Source of the DNA: an uncultured Gemmatimonadales bacterium
Lineage (GTDB): Bacteria; Gemmatimonadota; Gemmatimonadetes; Longimicrobiales; RSA9
Direction of reading: 5' to 3'
Assembly (NCBI GenBank): GCA_963816355.1
Contig: CAWFKH010000003.1
Span: 160,001 to 224,000, forward strand
DNA: 64,000 bases
Below the pieces are notes generated by a model. It searched no databases. It had not been told where the DNA came from and saw nothing but the letters and a program-made list of their open reading frames with translations. Position numbers and translations under genes: made by a program. This document shows, piece by piece, positions 38,065 through 48,178 of this stretch (positions within the stretch are counted from its first letter, which is position 1; each line of letters opens with the position of its first letter).

Positions 38065-38382
38065 GTGTCCGGCACCGTCGGCGCGCTCCTCGCCCTGGCC
38101 GGCGCGGCCGTCGTGCTGGTGTCCTCGCTCGCGTTGCTCGCAACGCGCTCGGGCGCGGATCGGCTTCATTTCGTCTCTGTCGCCGGGACGCTCGGCGTCG
38201 CGCTGATCGTCGCCGGCGTGGTCGTGGCGGAGGGCGCGTCGAGCGGCAGTGCGAAGGCGATGCTCGTCGCGCTCGTTCTGTTCGGGACGAACCCGCTCGT
38301 GACCCACGCGACGGGGCGGGCGCTGCGGATCCGGCGCGACGGATCTCTGCGCGCGCGCCGCACGGAGCGGCGGAACCCGTGA
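38065..38382 (+). CDS. MrpG/MnhG subunit
   Basis: DRLHF...TLG...NPLVTHA.GRA. Confidence 0.8.
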   Translation: MSGTVGALLALAGAAVVLVSSLALLATRSGADRLHFVSVAGTLGVALIVAGVVVAEGASSGSAKAMLVALVLFGTNPLVTHATGRALRIRRDGSLRARRTERRNP

Positions 38383-38618
38383 CGGCCGTGCTGCAGACGC
38401 TCGCGCTGCTCCTCGTGGGCGTGGCGGGGACGTGCGTGGTCCTCACGCGGGACGCATGGCGCGGGGTGGTCGTGCTCGGCTTCTTCGGCCTGACGCTCGT
38501 CCTGCTGTTCGCCCTGCTCGCTGCGCCCGACGTGGCGCTCTCGCAGCTCGCGGTCGGCGTCGTCTTCGTGCCGGTGGTGCTGTTCTCCGCGCTCCGGCGG
38601 ATTCGCGACGAGCCGTGA
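38379..38618 (+). CDS. DUF4040 / MbhD-like subunit
   Basis: F.LLAAPDVALSQLAVG. Confidence 0.8.
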   Translation: MTAVLQTLALLLVGVAGTCVVLTRDAWRGVVVLGFFGLTLVLLFALLAAPDVALSQLAVGVVFVPVVLFSALRRIRDEP

Positions 38619-39346
38619 GCCGGCGCTGGCGCACCGGTGTCTTCCTCGCCGCGGAGGCGGGGCTGGGTGCGCTGCTGGCGTGGGGTTTCGCCGGCCTGCC
38701 GAAGTTCGGCGCCGTACGCCCCTCGTACGGCGAGCTCCTCGCGCGGGTGACGGTGTCGCAGACGCACGCGACGAACGTGGTCACGGCGATCCTCTACGAC
38801 TACCGCGCCCTGGACACGCTCGGCGAGGAGTTCATCCTGGTCGCGGCGGTGGTGGGTGTGGCGGCGCTGCTGCGCAAGCTGCCGCGGCCGCAGCCGCGGC
38901 GGCGCGGCCGGCTCGAAGAGGTGGGCAGCGAGGCGATCCGGCTGGCGGAGCCGCGCGTGCTCGCGGCGACGGCGGTCTTCGCGGCCTACCTCTCGCTGCA
39001 CGCGCACCTGACGCCGGGCGGCGGCTTCCAGGCGGGCGCGATGATCGCCGCGGTGATCGTCGGCGTCTACCTGGCGTTCGGCTACGCGCGCGTCGCGCGG
39101 GTGGCGCCGAAGGAGCGCGTCGACGCGCTGGAGGCGATCGGCGCGTTCGGCTTCGCCACCATTGGCCTCGGCGCGCTCCTGGCGGGTGGCGCCTTCCTTG
39201 CCAACGTGCTGCCGCGCGGGGACGCGGGAACGCTGCTCTCCTCCGGCACGATCGCGGCGATCAACTTCGCGGTGTGGGCCGCGGTCTCGGGAGGCGTCGG
39301 CATGCTCGTCATCGAGTTCCTCGAGGAGGAGCCTCAGGAGGGGTGA
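38615..39346 (+). CDS. MrpB/MnhB subunit (MbhE+F-like fusion)
   Basis: NVVTAILYDYRALDTLGEE; HLTPGGGFQAG. Confidence 0.85.
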   Translation: MSRRWRTGVFLAAEAGLGALLAWGFAGLPKFGAVRPSYGELLARVTVSQTHATNVVTAILYDYRALDTLGEEFILVAAVVGVAALLRKLPRPQPRRRGRLEEVGSEAIRLAEPRVLAATAVFAAYLSLHAHLTPGGGFQAGAMIAAVIVGVYLAFGYARVARVAPKERVDALEAIGAFGFATIGLGALLAGGAFLANVLPRGDAGTLLSSGTIAAINFAVWAAVSGGVGMLVIEFLEEEPQEG

Positions 39347-39690
39347 GCGTGCTCCCCTACGCGGTCGCGCTGTGGCTCTTCCTGGTCGGGCTCTATGGCG
39401 TCGCGACGAGCCGCCACCTGATCCACCTCGCCATCTGCCTTTCCGTCGTGCAATCCTCGACGTACGTCCTGCTGCTCGCCGTCGGCTATCGCGCGGGGGG
39501 CGCGGCGCCGTACTTCGCGGAGCCCGCGCCCGGCGCGGCGGCCGTGGTGGACCCGGTCGTGCAGGCGCTGGTGCTGACCGACATCGTGGTGGGCGCCACG
39601 GTCACCGCGCTGCTCGTCGCGCTCTCGCTCGAGCTGCACCACCGGACCGGCCGGATCGACCCGGAGTCGCTGGCCGATGCTCGTCGCTGA
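39343..39690 (+). CDS. MrpC/MnhC subunit
   Basis: [23 protein letters not shown]. Confidence 0.85.
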   Translation: MSVLPYAVALWLFLVGLYGVATSRHLIHLAICLSVVQSSTYVLLLAVGYRAGGAAPYFAEPAPGAAAVVDPVVQALVLTDIVVGATVTALLVALSLELHHRTGRIDPESLADARR

Positions 39691-41581
39691 GCCGCACGAC
39701 GCGCCGCACGCGCTCTCCCTGCTGGCCACGCTGCCGATCGCGCTGCCGCTCGCGGGCGCGGCGGCGGTGATCCCGCTGGGAGACCGGCTGCCGCGCCTGG
39801 TTCGGGACGCGTGGAGCGTCCTCCTCGCGGGGGTTACGGCGGTGTTGCTGGCGCTGCTGCTCACGCGCGTCGTCGCGGCGCCCGCCGTCGTGTGGGTGGG
39901 CGGACGCGCTCTCCTCGACGGCGTGCCGCTCGGCATCGCGCTCTACCTCGACCCGATCGGCGTGGGACTCGCGCTCCTCGCGGCGCTCCTCACGACCGCC
40001 ACGTTCGTCTTCTCCTGGCGCTATTTCGACGCGGCCGGAGCGCTCTTCCACGCCCTCGTGCTCGTCTTCCTCGCCGGCATGGTCGGCTTCTGCCTCACGG
40101 GCGACCTGTTCAACCTCTTCGTCTTCCTCGAGCTGATGAGCGTGCCCGCCTACGCGCTCACGGCGTACAAGATCGAGGAGCCCGGGTTGATGGGCGCCGT
40201 CAATTTCGCGGTCACCAACAGCATCGGCGCCTTCCTCATCCTGGCCGGGACCGCGCTGCTCTACGGCAGGACCGGCGCGCTCGATTTCGCCGCGATCGGC
40301 CGCGCGCTGGCCGGCTCTCCGCCGGACGGCCTCACGACCGTCGCGACGGCGCTCCTCCTCGTCGGCCTCTTCGTCAAGGCGGACATCGCGCCGTTCCACT
40401 TCTGGCTCGCCGACGCGCACGCCGTGGCGCCGACCCCCGTCTGCGTCCTCTTCTCCGGCGTCATGGTCGAGGTCGGGCTCTACGGCGCCGCGCGCCTGCT
40501 GTGGACCGTCTTCGCGTGGCCGCTCGCCGGCCACGCCGGCGCGGTCTCTGCCATCCTCCTCGGCGCCGGCGCGCTCACCGCCGTGGTGGGCGCGACGATG
40601 GCCTACGCCCAGCGCAACCTGAAGCGGCTGCTCGCCTTCTCCACGGTCGGACACAGCGGCCTGTTCCTCGTCGGCATCGCGCTGCTGCGAAGCGACGCGC
40701 TCGCCGGCGTCACCCTCTACGCGCTCGGCCACGGCTTCGCCAAGGGCGCCCTCTTCGTCGTCGCCGGCGTGCTGCTCAACCGCTTCGGCACGGTCGACGA
40801 GATCGATCTGCGCGGGCGCGGCGGCGAAACGCCGGCGCTCGGCCTGCTGCTCGCGCTCGGCGGCCTCGCGCTGGCCGGTGCGCCGCTCTTCGCGACCGAG
40901 GCGGGCAAGCGCCTGATCGAGGAGTCGGCGGCGGCCGCCGGCGCGTGGTGGGTGCCGTGGCTGGCGCTTTACGTTGGCGTCCTCACGGGCGGCGCCGTGC
41001 TCCGCGCCGGCGGCCGCATCTTCATCGGCATGGGCGACACCGCCGGCGAGGAACGCGGCGGCACGAAGGAGTCGGCGCGGGAGGGAGAGACGCGCGGCGC
41101 GCGCGGCCGCGCGCCGCTGGTGATGATCGCGCCCGCCGTCGCGCTGATGGCGGCGTGCGTCGCGCTCGCCTTCGTCCCCGGCCTGGAGGGCCGCGTCCGC
41201 GCGCAGGCGGCCGGATTCGGCGACGCCGCCGGCTACGTGAAGCGCGTGCTCGGAGAGGCGCCGCCCACGACCGCGCCGCGCCTGCGCATCGCCACGCCGC
41301 CCGCCCCGCGCGACGGCACGGCGACCTCGGCGCGCCTCGCGCTGCGGGCGCGGTCGGCGCCGTTCACGGCGGCGGCGGTCGCCGGCGCGATGCTGCTGGC
41401 GCTTCTCGCGCTGCGGGCCGAACGGCTGCCGCGCCCCGCGCGTGCGCTCGCCGCCGCCGTCGCGGGGCCGTTCATGCACGCCATCGAGCGCGCGCACACG
41501 GGCCGCCTCGCCGACTACGTCACCTGGCTCACCGCCGGCGCGTGCGTCGTGGGCGCGCTCTTCGCCGCGTTCATCCGATGA
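39677..41581 (+). CDS. MrpD/complex I antiporter-like subunit
   Basis: [54 protein letters not shown]. Confidence 0.9.
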   Translation: MLVAEPHDAPHALSLLATLPIALPLAGAAAVIPLGDRLPRLVRDAWSVLLAGVTAVLLALLLTRVVAAPAVVWVGGRALLDGVPLGIALYLDPIGVGLALLAALLTTATFVFSWRYFDAAGALFHALVLVFLAGMVGFCLTGDLFNLFVFLELMSVPAYALTAYKIEEPGLMGAVNFAVTNSIGAFLILAGTALLYGRTGALDFAAIGRALAGSPPDGLTTVATALLLVGLFVKADIAPFHFWLADAHAVAPTPVCVLFSGVMVEVGLYGAARLLWTVFAWPLAGHAGAVSAILLGAGALTAVVGATMAYAQRNLKRLLAFSTVGHSGLFLVGIALLRSDALAGVTLYALGHGFAKGALFVVAGVLLNRFGTVDEIDLRGRGGETPALGLLLALGGLALAGAPLFATEAGKRLIEESAAAAGAWWVPWLALYVGVLTGGAVLRAGGRIFIGMGDTAGEERGGTKESAREGETRGARGRAPLVMIAPAVALMAACVALAFVPGLEGRVRAQAAGFGDAAGYVKRVLGEAPPTTAPRLRIATPPAPRDGTATSARLALRARSAPFTAAAVAGAMLLALLALRAERLPRPARALAAAVAGPFMHAIERAHTGRLADYVTWLTAGACVVGALFAAFIR

Positions 41582-41654
41582 CGGCACCGCCGCCGGCGGT
41601 GCGGACGGCGCCGTGGAAGGCGCGCGCGCGCCGCGTCTGCGCGCCGCGCTCCCG

Positions 41655-44600
41655 CTACAGCAGCGGCCGTGCTCGCTCCGTGAGCTCCGCGAGCTTCGCG
41701 CGCAGCACGTCGAGCCGCGCGTAGGCGTCCTGGCCCGGCCGCTGGTCGGCCTGCGTAGTCATGCCGTACAGGTACTCGAGCTGATCGACGAGCATCGGCT
41801 GCGGGTAGCTCCGGTCCTCGCGCGTCGTCAGCTCGCGCTCGACCGCCGTCAGCCGCTCCAGCTTCACGCGGTCGTGCGCCGCGCGCGCGGCCGCTTCCGC
41901 GCGCGCGACGCGCGCGGTGAGCATGCGCGCTTCGCCCAGCGCGTCCCGGATCCTCAGGTTGAGCTCGAGCTGCGCCTGCATGTCGGCCGTCGTCACGCCG
42001 GCGGCCGTCACGCGCGGATCGGCCGCGACGTGCAGCGCTCGCGTCTCGCTCCAGTCGCCGATCGAGAGGCGGACGCGGTAGTCGCCCGGCACCGCGAGCG
42101 GGCCGTCGCCGCGGCCGCGTCCGGGGTTCTGCTCCCAAGCTCCCGGATAGGCGAGGTCCCAGACGAAGCGGTGCATGCCGCGGCCTCTCGCGAGGCCCGA
42201 CGCACCCGCGGCGGTGTCGCTCGAGAAGGTCCGGATCGTCTCTCCGTCCGGCCCGATGACGTCGATCTTCACGGGTGCGGCGGCAGGCGTCGCCAGCCAG
42301 TAGTCGATGCGCGCGCCCGGCGGCGGGTACTCCGGAGCGGCGGGGTCGCGCGATCCGAAGCCGCGGCGGTAGCGCATGCGGACCGCCGGCGCGGGGGTGA
42401 AGAGGTGGCGCGCGGGGATCGCCGCGGCGGCGTCGTCGGCGTCGTCGTCCGTGCTCGCGCGGGCCTGGACCCAGCCGGCGATCTCGCGCAGCGGCGTGAC
42501 GTCGTCCAGGATCCAGAAGGATCGGCCCTGAGTCGAGAGGACCAGGTCGTCGTCCTTCACCTCGATGTCGGTGACCGGCGTGTGCGGCAGGTCGAGCTGC
42601 AGCGACTGCCAGTGCGCGCCGTCGTCGAACGAGACGTAGATGCCGAATTCGGTGCCGGCGTAGAGCAGGCCGCGCAGCTCCGGGTCCTGGCGGACGACGC
42701 GCGTCGGCTCGTCGGCCGGGATGCCGTTGTCGCCCGGCGTCAGCAGCGTCCAGCGCGCGCCGTAGTCCGTGGTGTGGAAGATGTACGGCTTCCAGTCGTC
42801 GAGCAGGTAGCGGTACGCCGCGACGTACGCCTCGCCGGCGTCGTAGTGCGACGGCTCGATGCTCTGGATGCGCGCGCCCGTCGCCAGTCCCCGCGGCGTG
42901 ACGTCCGTCCACGCGCCGCCGCCGTCCTTCGTGACGTGCACCGGGCCGTCGTTGGCGCCCGTCCAGATCACGCCCGCCCGCAGCGGCGACTCCTCGATCG
43001 CGTAGATGACGCTGTAGACCTCCTCGCCGGTGATGTCGCGCGTGATCGGGCCGCCGGAGGTCCCCTGGTACTGCGGCTCGTCCGCGGTCAGGTCCCCTGA
43101 GATGCGCCGCCAGTGCACGCCGCGGTCGGTGGTCTTCATCACGTACTGCGCGCCGTGGTAGACCGTGTTCGGGTCGTGCGGCGAGACCTCGATCGGGGAG
43201 ACGCGCTGGAAGCGGTACTCGAGGTCGCGCGGCGCCGTGCCGTACATGTTCGCCGCTCCCACGTAGTACTGCTGCTCCTGTCCGGTGCGCAGGTCCTTCA
43301 CGCCGAAGCGCCCCTTGCAGTCGGTGTAGACGACGTCCGGGTCGTCCGGCTTCGGCACGACGGGGCCGGTCTCGCAGCCGCCAATGTCACGCCACCACGC
43401 GGCGTACTCCGGCGGCGGCGTGGCGTCGATCGGCAGACTGGGGACCGAGAGGTTGCTGCCCTGGTCCTGCTGCGCGCCGTAGAGGCGGAAGGGGAAGCGG
43501 CCGTCGACGTCGACCTGGTACAGTTCCGCCGTCGGCTGGTTCAGCTCCGACGACCACGTCCCGCCACCGTTCTGCGTCACGACGGCGCCGCCGTCGTTGG
43601 CCTCGATCATGACGCGCGTGTCGTACGGCGCGATCCACAGGTCGTGGTTGTCGCCGTGCGGCGTGGGCCAGCGGCGGAACGTCGAGCCGCCGTCCGTGGA
43701 GCGGTAGGAGCTCTCGTTCAGGACGTAGACGACGTCGGCGTCCTTCGGGTCCGCGGCGACGTTCGTGTAATAGAACGGCCGGTTCATCAGGCCGTGCTGG
43801 CTGCTGACGAGCTTCCACGTCGCGCCCGCGTCGTCGGAGCGGTAGAGCCCCTCGTCCGGGTCCGCCGTCTCGACGAGCGCGAAGACGCGCTGCGGCGCCG
43901 CCGGCGAGACCGCCAGGTCGATCTTGCCGATCAGGCCGCCGGGCAGCCCCGCCGTCAGCCGCGTCCAGTGGTCGCCGCCATCCGTCGACTTCCAGATGCC
44001 GTCGCCCGCGCTCGCCTTCGCGCCGCTGATGATCGTCCACGGCCGGCGCTCCCCCCGCCACATCGCCGCGTACACGACGTTCGGATGGCCCGGCTGCAGC
44101 TCGAGGTCGATCGCGCCCACGCTGTCCGAGACGAAGAGCACCTTGCGCCACGTCGCACCGCCGTCGCTCGAGCGGTAGACGCCGCGCGACGTGCTCCTGC
44201 CGAAGGGCGTGCCGAGCGCCGCGACGTAGACGCGGTTCGCGTCGCGCGGGTCAATCTCGACCGCGCCGATCTGTCCCACGTCCGCGAGCCCGAGAAAGCG
44301 CCACGTCCGCCCCGCGTCCGTCGAGCGGTAGATCCCGCGCCCGATCGACACGTTGCTGCGGATCGCGTCCGATCCGGTGCCCGCGTAGACGACGTCGGGA
44401 TCCGACGGCGCGACGCTCACGGCGCCCATCGAGCCGGTCGCGAAGTACGGATCCGTCACGTTGCGCCACGTCCCGCCGTAGTCCTCGCTCTTCCACACGC
44501 CGCCGCCGGTCGAGCCGAAGTAGAAGGTCCCCGGCCGCGACGGATCCCCCGCCACCGTGGTCACCCGCCCCCCCCGGCTCGGCCCCACGTTGCGGAAGTG

Positions 44601-44837
44601 CAGCCCCTGGTACAGCGCCGGATCCACGCCACCCGCCCCGCCCATCCCCCCGCCCACGCCCACCGCGCCGCCGCCCCCGCCCCCCCCGCCCCCGCCCACC
44701 GCGCCGCCCCCCGCGCCGCCCCCGCCCACGCCGCGCCCCGTTCCCGCCTGCCCGCGCACCCCGCCGGGAAGCGCCGCCGCCACCACCGCCGCGACCAGAA
44801 GGCAGACCCCCCCACGCCCGAACCGCTCCAGCATCAT
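41655..44837 (-). CDS. VPS10/BNR (Asp-box) beta-propeller secreted glycosyl-hydrolase-like protein
   Basis: Signal peptide and poly-Gly linker; FRNVGP.RGGRV; many S.D.G.TW Asp boxes; HGDNHDLWI.P; LYAGTEFG; STQGRSFWILDD. Confidence 0.88.
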   Translation of the reverse strand: MMLERFGRGGVCLLVAAVVAAALPGGVRGQAGTGRGVGGGGAGGGAVGGGGGGGGGGAVGVGGGMGGAGGVDPALYQGLHFRNVGPSRGGRVTTVAGDPSRPGTFYFGSTGGGVWKSEDYGGTWRNVTDPYFATGSMGAVSVAPSDPDVVYAGTGSDAIRSNVSIGRGIYRSTDAGRTWRFLGLADVGQIGAVEIDPRDANRVYVAALGTPFGRSTSRGVYRSSDGGATWRKVLFVSDSVGAIDLELQPGHPNVVYAAMWRGERRPWTIISGAKASAGDGIWKSTDGGDHWTRLTAGLPGGLIGKIDLAVSPAAPQRVFALVETADPDEGLYRSDDAGATWKLVSSQHGLMNRPFYYTNVAADPKDADVVYVLNESSYRSTDGGSTFRRWPTPHGDNHDLWIAPYDTRVMIEANDGGAVVTQNGGGTWSSELNQPTAELYQVDVDGRFPFRLYGAQQDQGSNLSVPSLPIDATPPPEYAAWWRDIGGCETGPVVPKPDDPDVVYTDCKGRFGVKDLRTGQEQQYYVGAANMYGTAPRDLEYRFQRVSPIEVSPHDPNTVYHGAQYVMKTTDRGVHWRRISGDLTADEPQYQGTSGGPITRDITGEEVYSVIYAIEESPLRAGVIWTGANDGPVHVTKDGGGAWTDVTPRGLATGARIQSIEPSHYDAGEAYVAAYRYLLDDWKPYIFHTTDYGARWTLLTPGDNGIPADEPTRVVRQDPELRGLLYAGTEFGIYVSFDDGAHWQSLQLDLPHTPVTDIEVKDDDLVLSTQGRSFWILDDVTPLREIAGWVQARASTDDDADDAAAAIPARHLFTPAPAVRMRYRRGFGSRDPAAPEYPPPGARIDYWLATPAAAPVKIDVIGPDGETIRTFSSDTAAGASGLARGRGMHRFVWDLAYPGAWEQNPGRGRGDGPLAVPGDYRVRLSIGDWSETRALHVAADPRVTAAGVTTADMQAQLELNLRIRDALGEARMLTARVARAEAAARAAHDRVKLERLTAVERELTTREDRSYPQPMLVDQLEYLYGMTTQADQRPGQDAYARLDVLRAKLAELTERARPLL

Positions 44838-44861
44838 GACCCACCCCTCTTCACAGAGAAT

Positions 44862-45140
44862 CCCCCCCCAAACCCCCGACCCCCGACCCCCGCGCCGCGA
44901 AGCCGCGCCCCCCAGACCCCCGACCCCCGACCCCCGCGCCGCGAAGCCGCGCCCCCCAGACCCCCGACCCCCAACCCCCGCGCCGCGAAGCCGCGCCCCC
45001 CAGACCCCCGACCCCCAACCCCCGCGCCGCGAAGCCGCGCCCCCCAGACCCCCGACCCCCAACCCCCGCGCCGCGAAGCCGCGCCCCCCAGACCCCCGAC
45101 CCCCAACCCCCCCCAGACCCCCTCCCCAGACCCCAGACCC
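44862..45140. repeat. Intergenic tandem array of five 44-bp units plus partial flanks
   Basis: Unit GCGCCGCGAAGCCGCG-CCCCCCAGA-CCCCCGA-CCCCC(G/A)A-CCCCC starting at 44892, 44936, 44980, 45024 and 45068. Confidence 0.95.
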
Positions 45141-45155
45141 GCCAGCCCCCGCCGG

Positions 45156-45401
45156 CTATCTTTCGGGCCCCCACACCATCGCCCCCCAGATCGCCTCCGG
45201 CCGGAAACAGATATCCCGCCCCCGCTCGTCCTCGAACCACACGGGCCGGCCGTTGCGGATGCGGAACAGGATGCGCCGCTGCAGGTCCAGCGCGGACCGG
45301 CTCCAGCGGGCGCGGAAGAGCACCTCGCCGTCGTCGGTGTTGAGGCGGACGAGGACCGTGGGGATCGTCCGCGATACCGGAGAGGACGCGTAGTAGCCCA
45401 T
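45156..45401 (-). CDS. Small hypothetical protein
   Basis: 81-aa ORF with non-biased composition (PTVLVRLNTDDGEVLFRARW...WFEDE). Confidence 0.6.
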   Translation of the reverse strand: MGYYASSPVSRTIPTVLVRLNTDDGEVLFRARWSRSALDLQRRILFRIRNGRPVWFEDERGRDICFRPEAIWGAMVWGPER

Positions 45402-45547
45402 CGCCGGGAACGCTAAGCACGTCGTGGGAGTCGGGCAACGGGTTGTGCGCGGCCTTCCGATGGGTTAGACCTCGGCGGGAGGAGCGCGATACGCGCGGAG
45501 CGGAGCGGGCGCCGCCGTTGCTTCGCTGGACCGGAAAGGAGGACGGC

Positions 45548-45784
45548 ATGTGGTTGACGATCTATCTGGTGGCGGCCGCCGTGGTGTGGCTCGCCTTCCT
45601 CGTCCTCGGCAAGGTGACCGGCTGGCTGGGAAGCGGCGGCGGCGACGTCGCCGTCTTCCTCCTCATCGCTTCCACGATGTCGCTGCTCTGGCTCCCCGTG
45701 GTGGTGGGAATCGGAGCTTACTTCCTCGTCGCGATCGTCTTCCGCTTCGTGGGCCCCAAGGCACACCTCACCGAACGCCCCTGA
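45548..45784 (+). CDS. Small 2-TM membrane protein
   Basis: AAGGAGG RBS; MWLTIYLVAAAVVW...; hydrophobic. Confidence 0.65.
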   Translation: MWLTIYLVAAAVVWLAFLVLGKVTGWLGSGGGDVAVFLLIASTMSLLWLPVVVGIGAYFLVAIVFRFVGPKAHLTERP

Positions 45785-45809
45785 GAAGTTCCGAGGCCGC
45801 CCGCCTGCC

Positions 45810-46688
45810 TCACACCCCCTTTTCGCGCCACAGCCGGTCCAGCTCGGCGTGGCGCGGGCCGATCCGCTCCCGCCACTCGGGCAGCGCGTAGATCCCGGAT
45901 CCCGGCGGCGGCCGGCGGCGCCGCGGCGGCTCGACGCCGAGCACGGCGGCCACGGCGCGCCGCAGCCGCGCCCGCGCGTCGACCATGCGCCGGTGGAACT
46001 CCGTCTCGATTCGCGCGTGAGGGCTCATGTTCTGCGCGCTCGGGTGCGTCAGCCAGAGCAGGGCAGGGAGGGGCCGCCCGGACCACGCCTCCGCCCACGA
46101 CTGCGCGAAAGCGTCGTCGGGACGCTCCCCGTCCGGCCACGGCGTGACCTCGCCGCGTGCCATGCCCGCCCGGCGGAGCCGCACCAGCGACGGCAGGCGG
46201 CCGGCGTCCGGCGCGCATGCCGCCGCGAAGGTCGCCCGCAGCCCGACGTTCCCCAGCGCGACGACGAGGCGGGGACCGGCGGCCAGCAGGGTGTCGCGCA
46301 GCAGATGCAGCGACGTCGCGTACGCGCCGACGGGTCGCAGCAGCTCCGCCGTACGCGGCTCGCCGCCGCCGGCGTCCGGCAAGTGGTTCAGCGCGGCGGT
46401 GATGAAGGTGTCGTTGCGCGTGACGCCGACGCTGCCGAGGAGCACATCGAGGTTGGCGCCGGCGACGTCGCCGCCGAACGGGATGCGCGTGCCGTGGGCA
46501 CCCAGCTCACCGCTGCCGCGCCCACCCGCGTTCCCCGGCGCGGCGCCGACCCAGAGCAGGTCGACCTGCCGCCACGCGCCGTTGCGGCGCGACCACACCG
46601 ATGGACGCTCGAGCGGCTGGCCCGCCGCGTCGCGGCAGGCCGCCATCAGCCACTCGTCGTCCAGGCAGGACGGGTGCCCTGCGTGCAC
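45810..46688 (-). CDS. Uracil-DNA glycosylase-superfamily protein (true start may lie upstream, near 46760)
   Basis: LWVGAAPG...G..GTRIPFGGD.AG..LD..L...FITAALN; VALGNVG; LTHPS. Confidence 0.7.
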   Translation of the reverse strand: MHAGHPSCLDDEWLMAACRDAAGQPLERPSVWSRRNGAWRQVDLLWVGAAPGNAGGRGSGELGAHGTRIPFGGDVAGANLDVLLGSVGVTRNDTFITAALNHLPDAGGGEPRTAELLRPVGAYATSLHLLRDTLLAAGPRLVVALGNVGLRATFAAACAPDAGRLPSLVRLRRAGMARGEVTPWPDGERPDDAFAQSWAEAWSGRPLPALLWLTHPSAQNMSPHARIETEFHRRMVDARARLRRAVAAVLGVEPPRRRRPPPGSGIYALPEWRERIGPRHAELDRLWREKGV

Positions 46689-46756
46689 GCGGCGGAAGAT
46701 CGTCGCGAAGCGCGCCTCTTCGGCGGCGCGCGAGTCCCTGGCCGTGCGCGTCCCGA

Positions 46757-48178
46757 TCAGCTCCCGTTGCGGAAGAAGTAGATCCAGCCCTCCAAGGCGC
46801 CGATCGCGGCGATGTCGAGGTCGCCGTCACCGTCGAGGTCCTCGAGCAGCACGCCCCTAGCGCCGTCTCCGACGAGGTAGCTGGACGTGGAGGAGAAGAG
46901 GCCCCGGCCTTGTTCGTTGGTCAGGACGGAGATTTCGTTCGCTCCACTGGCCACCACCATGTCCAGATGTCCGTCGCCGTCGATGTCGCCCACGTCCACC
47001 GCCGCGGCGCCGACCGTCGAGGCGACATCGATGCGCCCGGCCGGCGAGAAATGGACCGGGGCGCTCCCGTCGTTGAGGAAGACGAACATGCTCCGGCCGG
47101 TGCTGCTGAAGACGGCGTAGTCCGCGAAGCCGTCGCCGTTGAAGTCGCCTGCCGCGAGCGCGCTCGGCGGATCCACCGTCGGCGTGGCCGTGGACTCCGT
47201 GTAGGCATGGCCGCCGCGGCCGAGGTAGAGCGTGACCGTGTTGGCCGTCTCGTCCCCGATCAGGAGGTCCAGCACGCCGTCGCGATCGACGTCCACCGCC
47301 GCACAGGCGCTCTTGATGCCGGCGATCGACCTCATCGAAGGCGCGCCGAGGGCGTGATCCGTGACCGGAATCGTCCACACCTGACTGCGGCCGTAAGTGA
47401 TCACTTCGACGCCCGGGATCACGCGGCAGATCCGAGACGCGTCCGCACCGAATGCGGTCGCATCGTCGGCCAGGCCCGCCGCCCCCCGCCCGTGCAGCAA
47501 CACCAGGCTCCCAGCCGCCGCCACCAGCGCGTCCATCGCGCCGTCCCCGTCCACATCCATCCCCTCCACGTCCGACGGCCGACCGCCGTCGATCGCCAGC
47601 GCCCCAGGCTGGAGGTAGCCGCCCGCCCCGTCGTTCAGGTACAGCCGGACATCGCGCGACAGTGAGTTCGAGATCAGGATATCAATGAGACCGTCCCCAT
47701 CGAAATCCCCGCCGAAGATGTCGGTTGGCGCCGTCGGCTCCCCGGCCGGCGCCATCCGCAGGCTGTCGACCAGCGACGGGGCAGCCGAGGCGGGGTTCGT
47801 CGCGACGCGGAACTCGAACGTGTAGGGGTGGTCCAGCGGCCGGCCGTCCTTGCCGCGTGCCGGCGCCGTCAGCGTCGCCGTCACGTGGTCCCCTCGTTTC
47901 ATCGGCGCCGCCGGCGTGAACGTGAACGCCCGCCCCGTCTCCGAGGGAGTGAGTGTGCCTTCGATGCGGCCGTAGCGCCCGGTCACGAGGAACGCGTCCG
48001 CCAGTGTCGTGACGTCCGCCGGGTCATCGAGCGTCACCTCGAGCGACGCCGTCGGCGAGACGGCCGCCTGCAGCGAAGGCGTGCCGCTCACCACGTGGAG
48101 CTTCGGCGCGGGGCCGGTCGCATCCCCGCACGCGGCCACCGCAGCGGCCAGCAGGATGCCGATCGTGCGCGGGCGCAT
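46757..48178 (-). CDS. Ig-like (Big_5/SbsA) + FG-GAP repeat lipoprotein
   Basis: Lipobox AVAAC; FTPAAPMK.GD.VTATL; several D.DGDG..D repeats. Confidence 0.85.
   Translation of the reverse strand: MRPRTIGILLAAAVAACGDATGPAPKLHVVSGTPSLQAAVSPTASLEVTLDDPADVTTLADAFLVTGRYGRIEGTLTPSETGRAFTFTPAAPMKRGDHVTATLTAPARGKDGRPLDHPYTFEFRVATNPASAAPSLVDSLRMAPAGEPTAPTDIFGGDFDGDGLIDILISNSLSRDVRLYLNDGAGGYLQPGALAIDGGRPSDVEGMDVDGDGAMDALVAAAGSLVLLHGRGAAGLADDATAFGADASRICRVIPGVEVITYGRSQVWTIPVTDHALGAPSMRSIAGIKSACAAVDVDRDGVLDLLIGDETANTVTLYLGRGGHAYTESTATPTVDPPSALAAGDFNGDGFADYAVFSSTGRSMFVFLNDGSAPVHFSPAGRIDVASTVGAAAVDVGDIDGDGHLDMVVASGANEISVLTNEQGRGLFSSTSSYLVGDGARGVLLEDLDGDGDLDIAAIGALEGWIYFFRNGS

Noticed and set aside
44862..45140. 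CRISPR array
   Set aside because: The units are contiguous and near-identical with no unique spacers, and there are no cas genes in the window.
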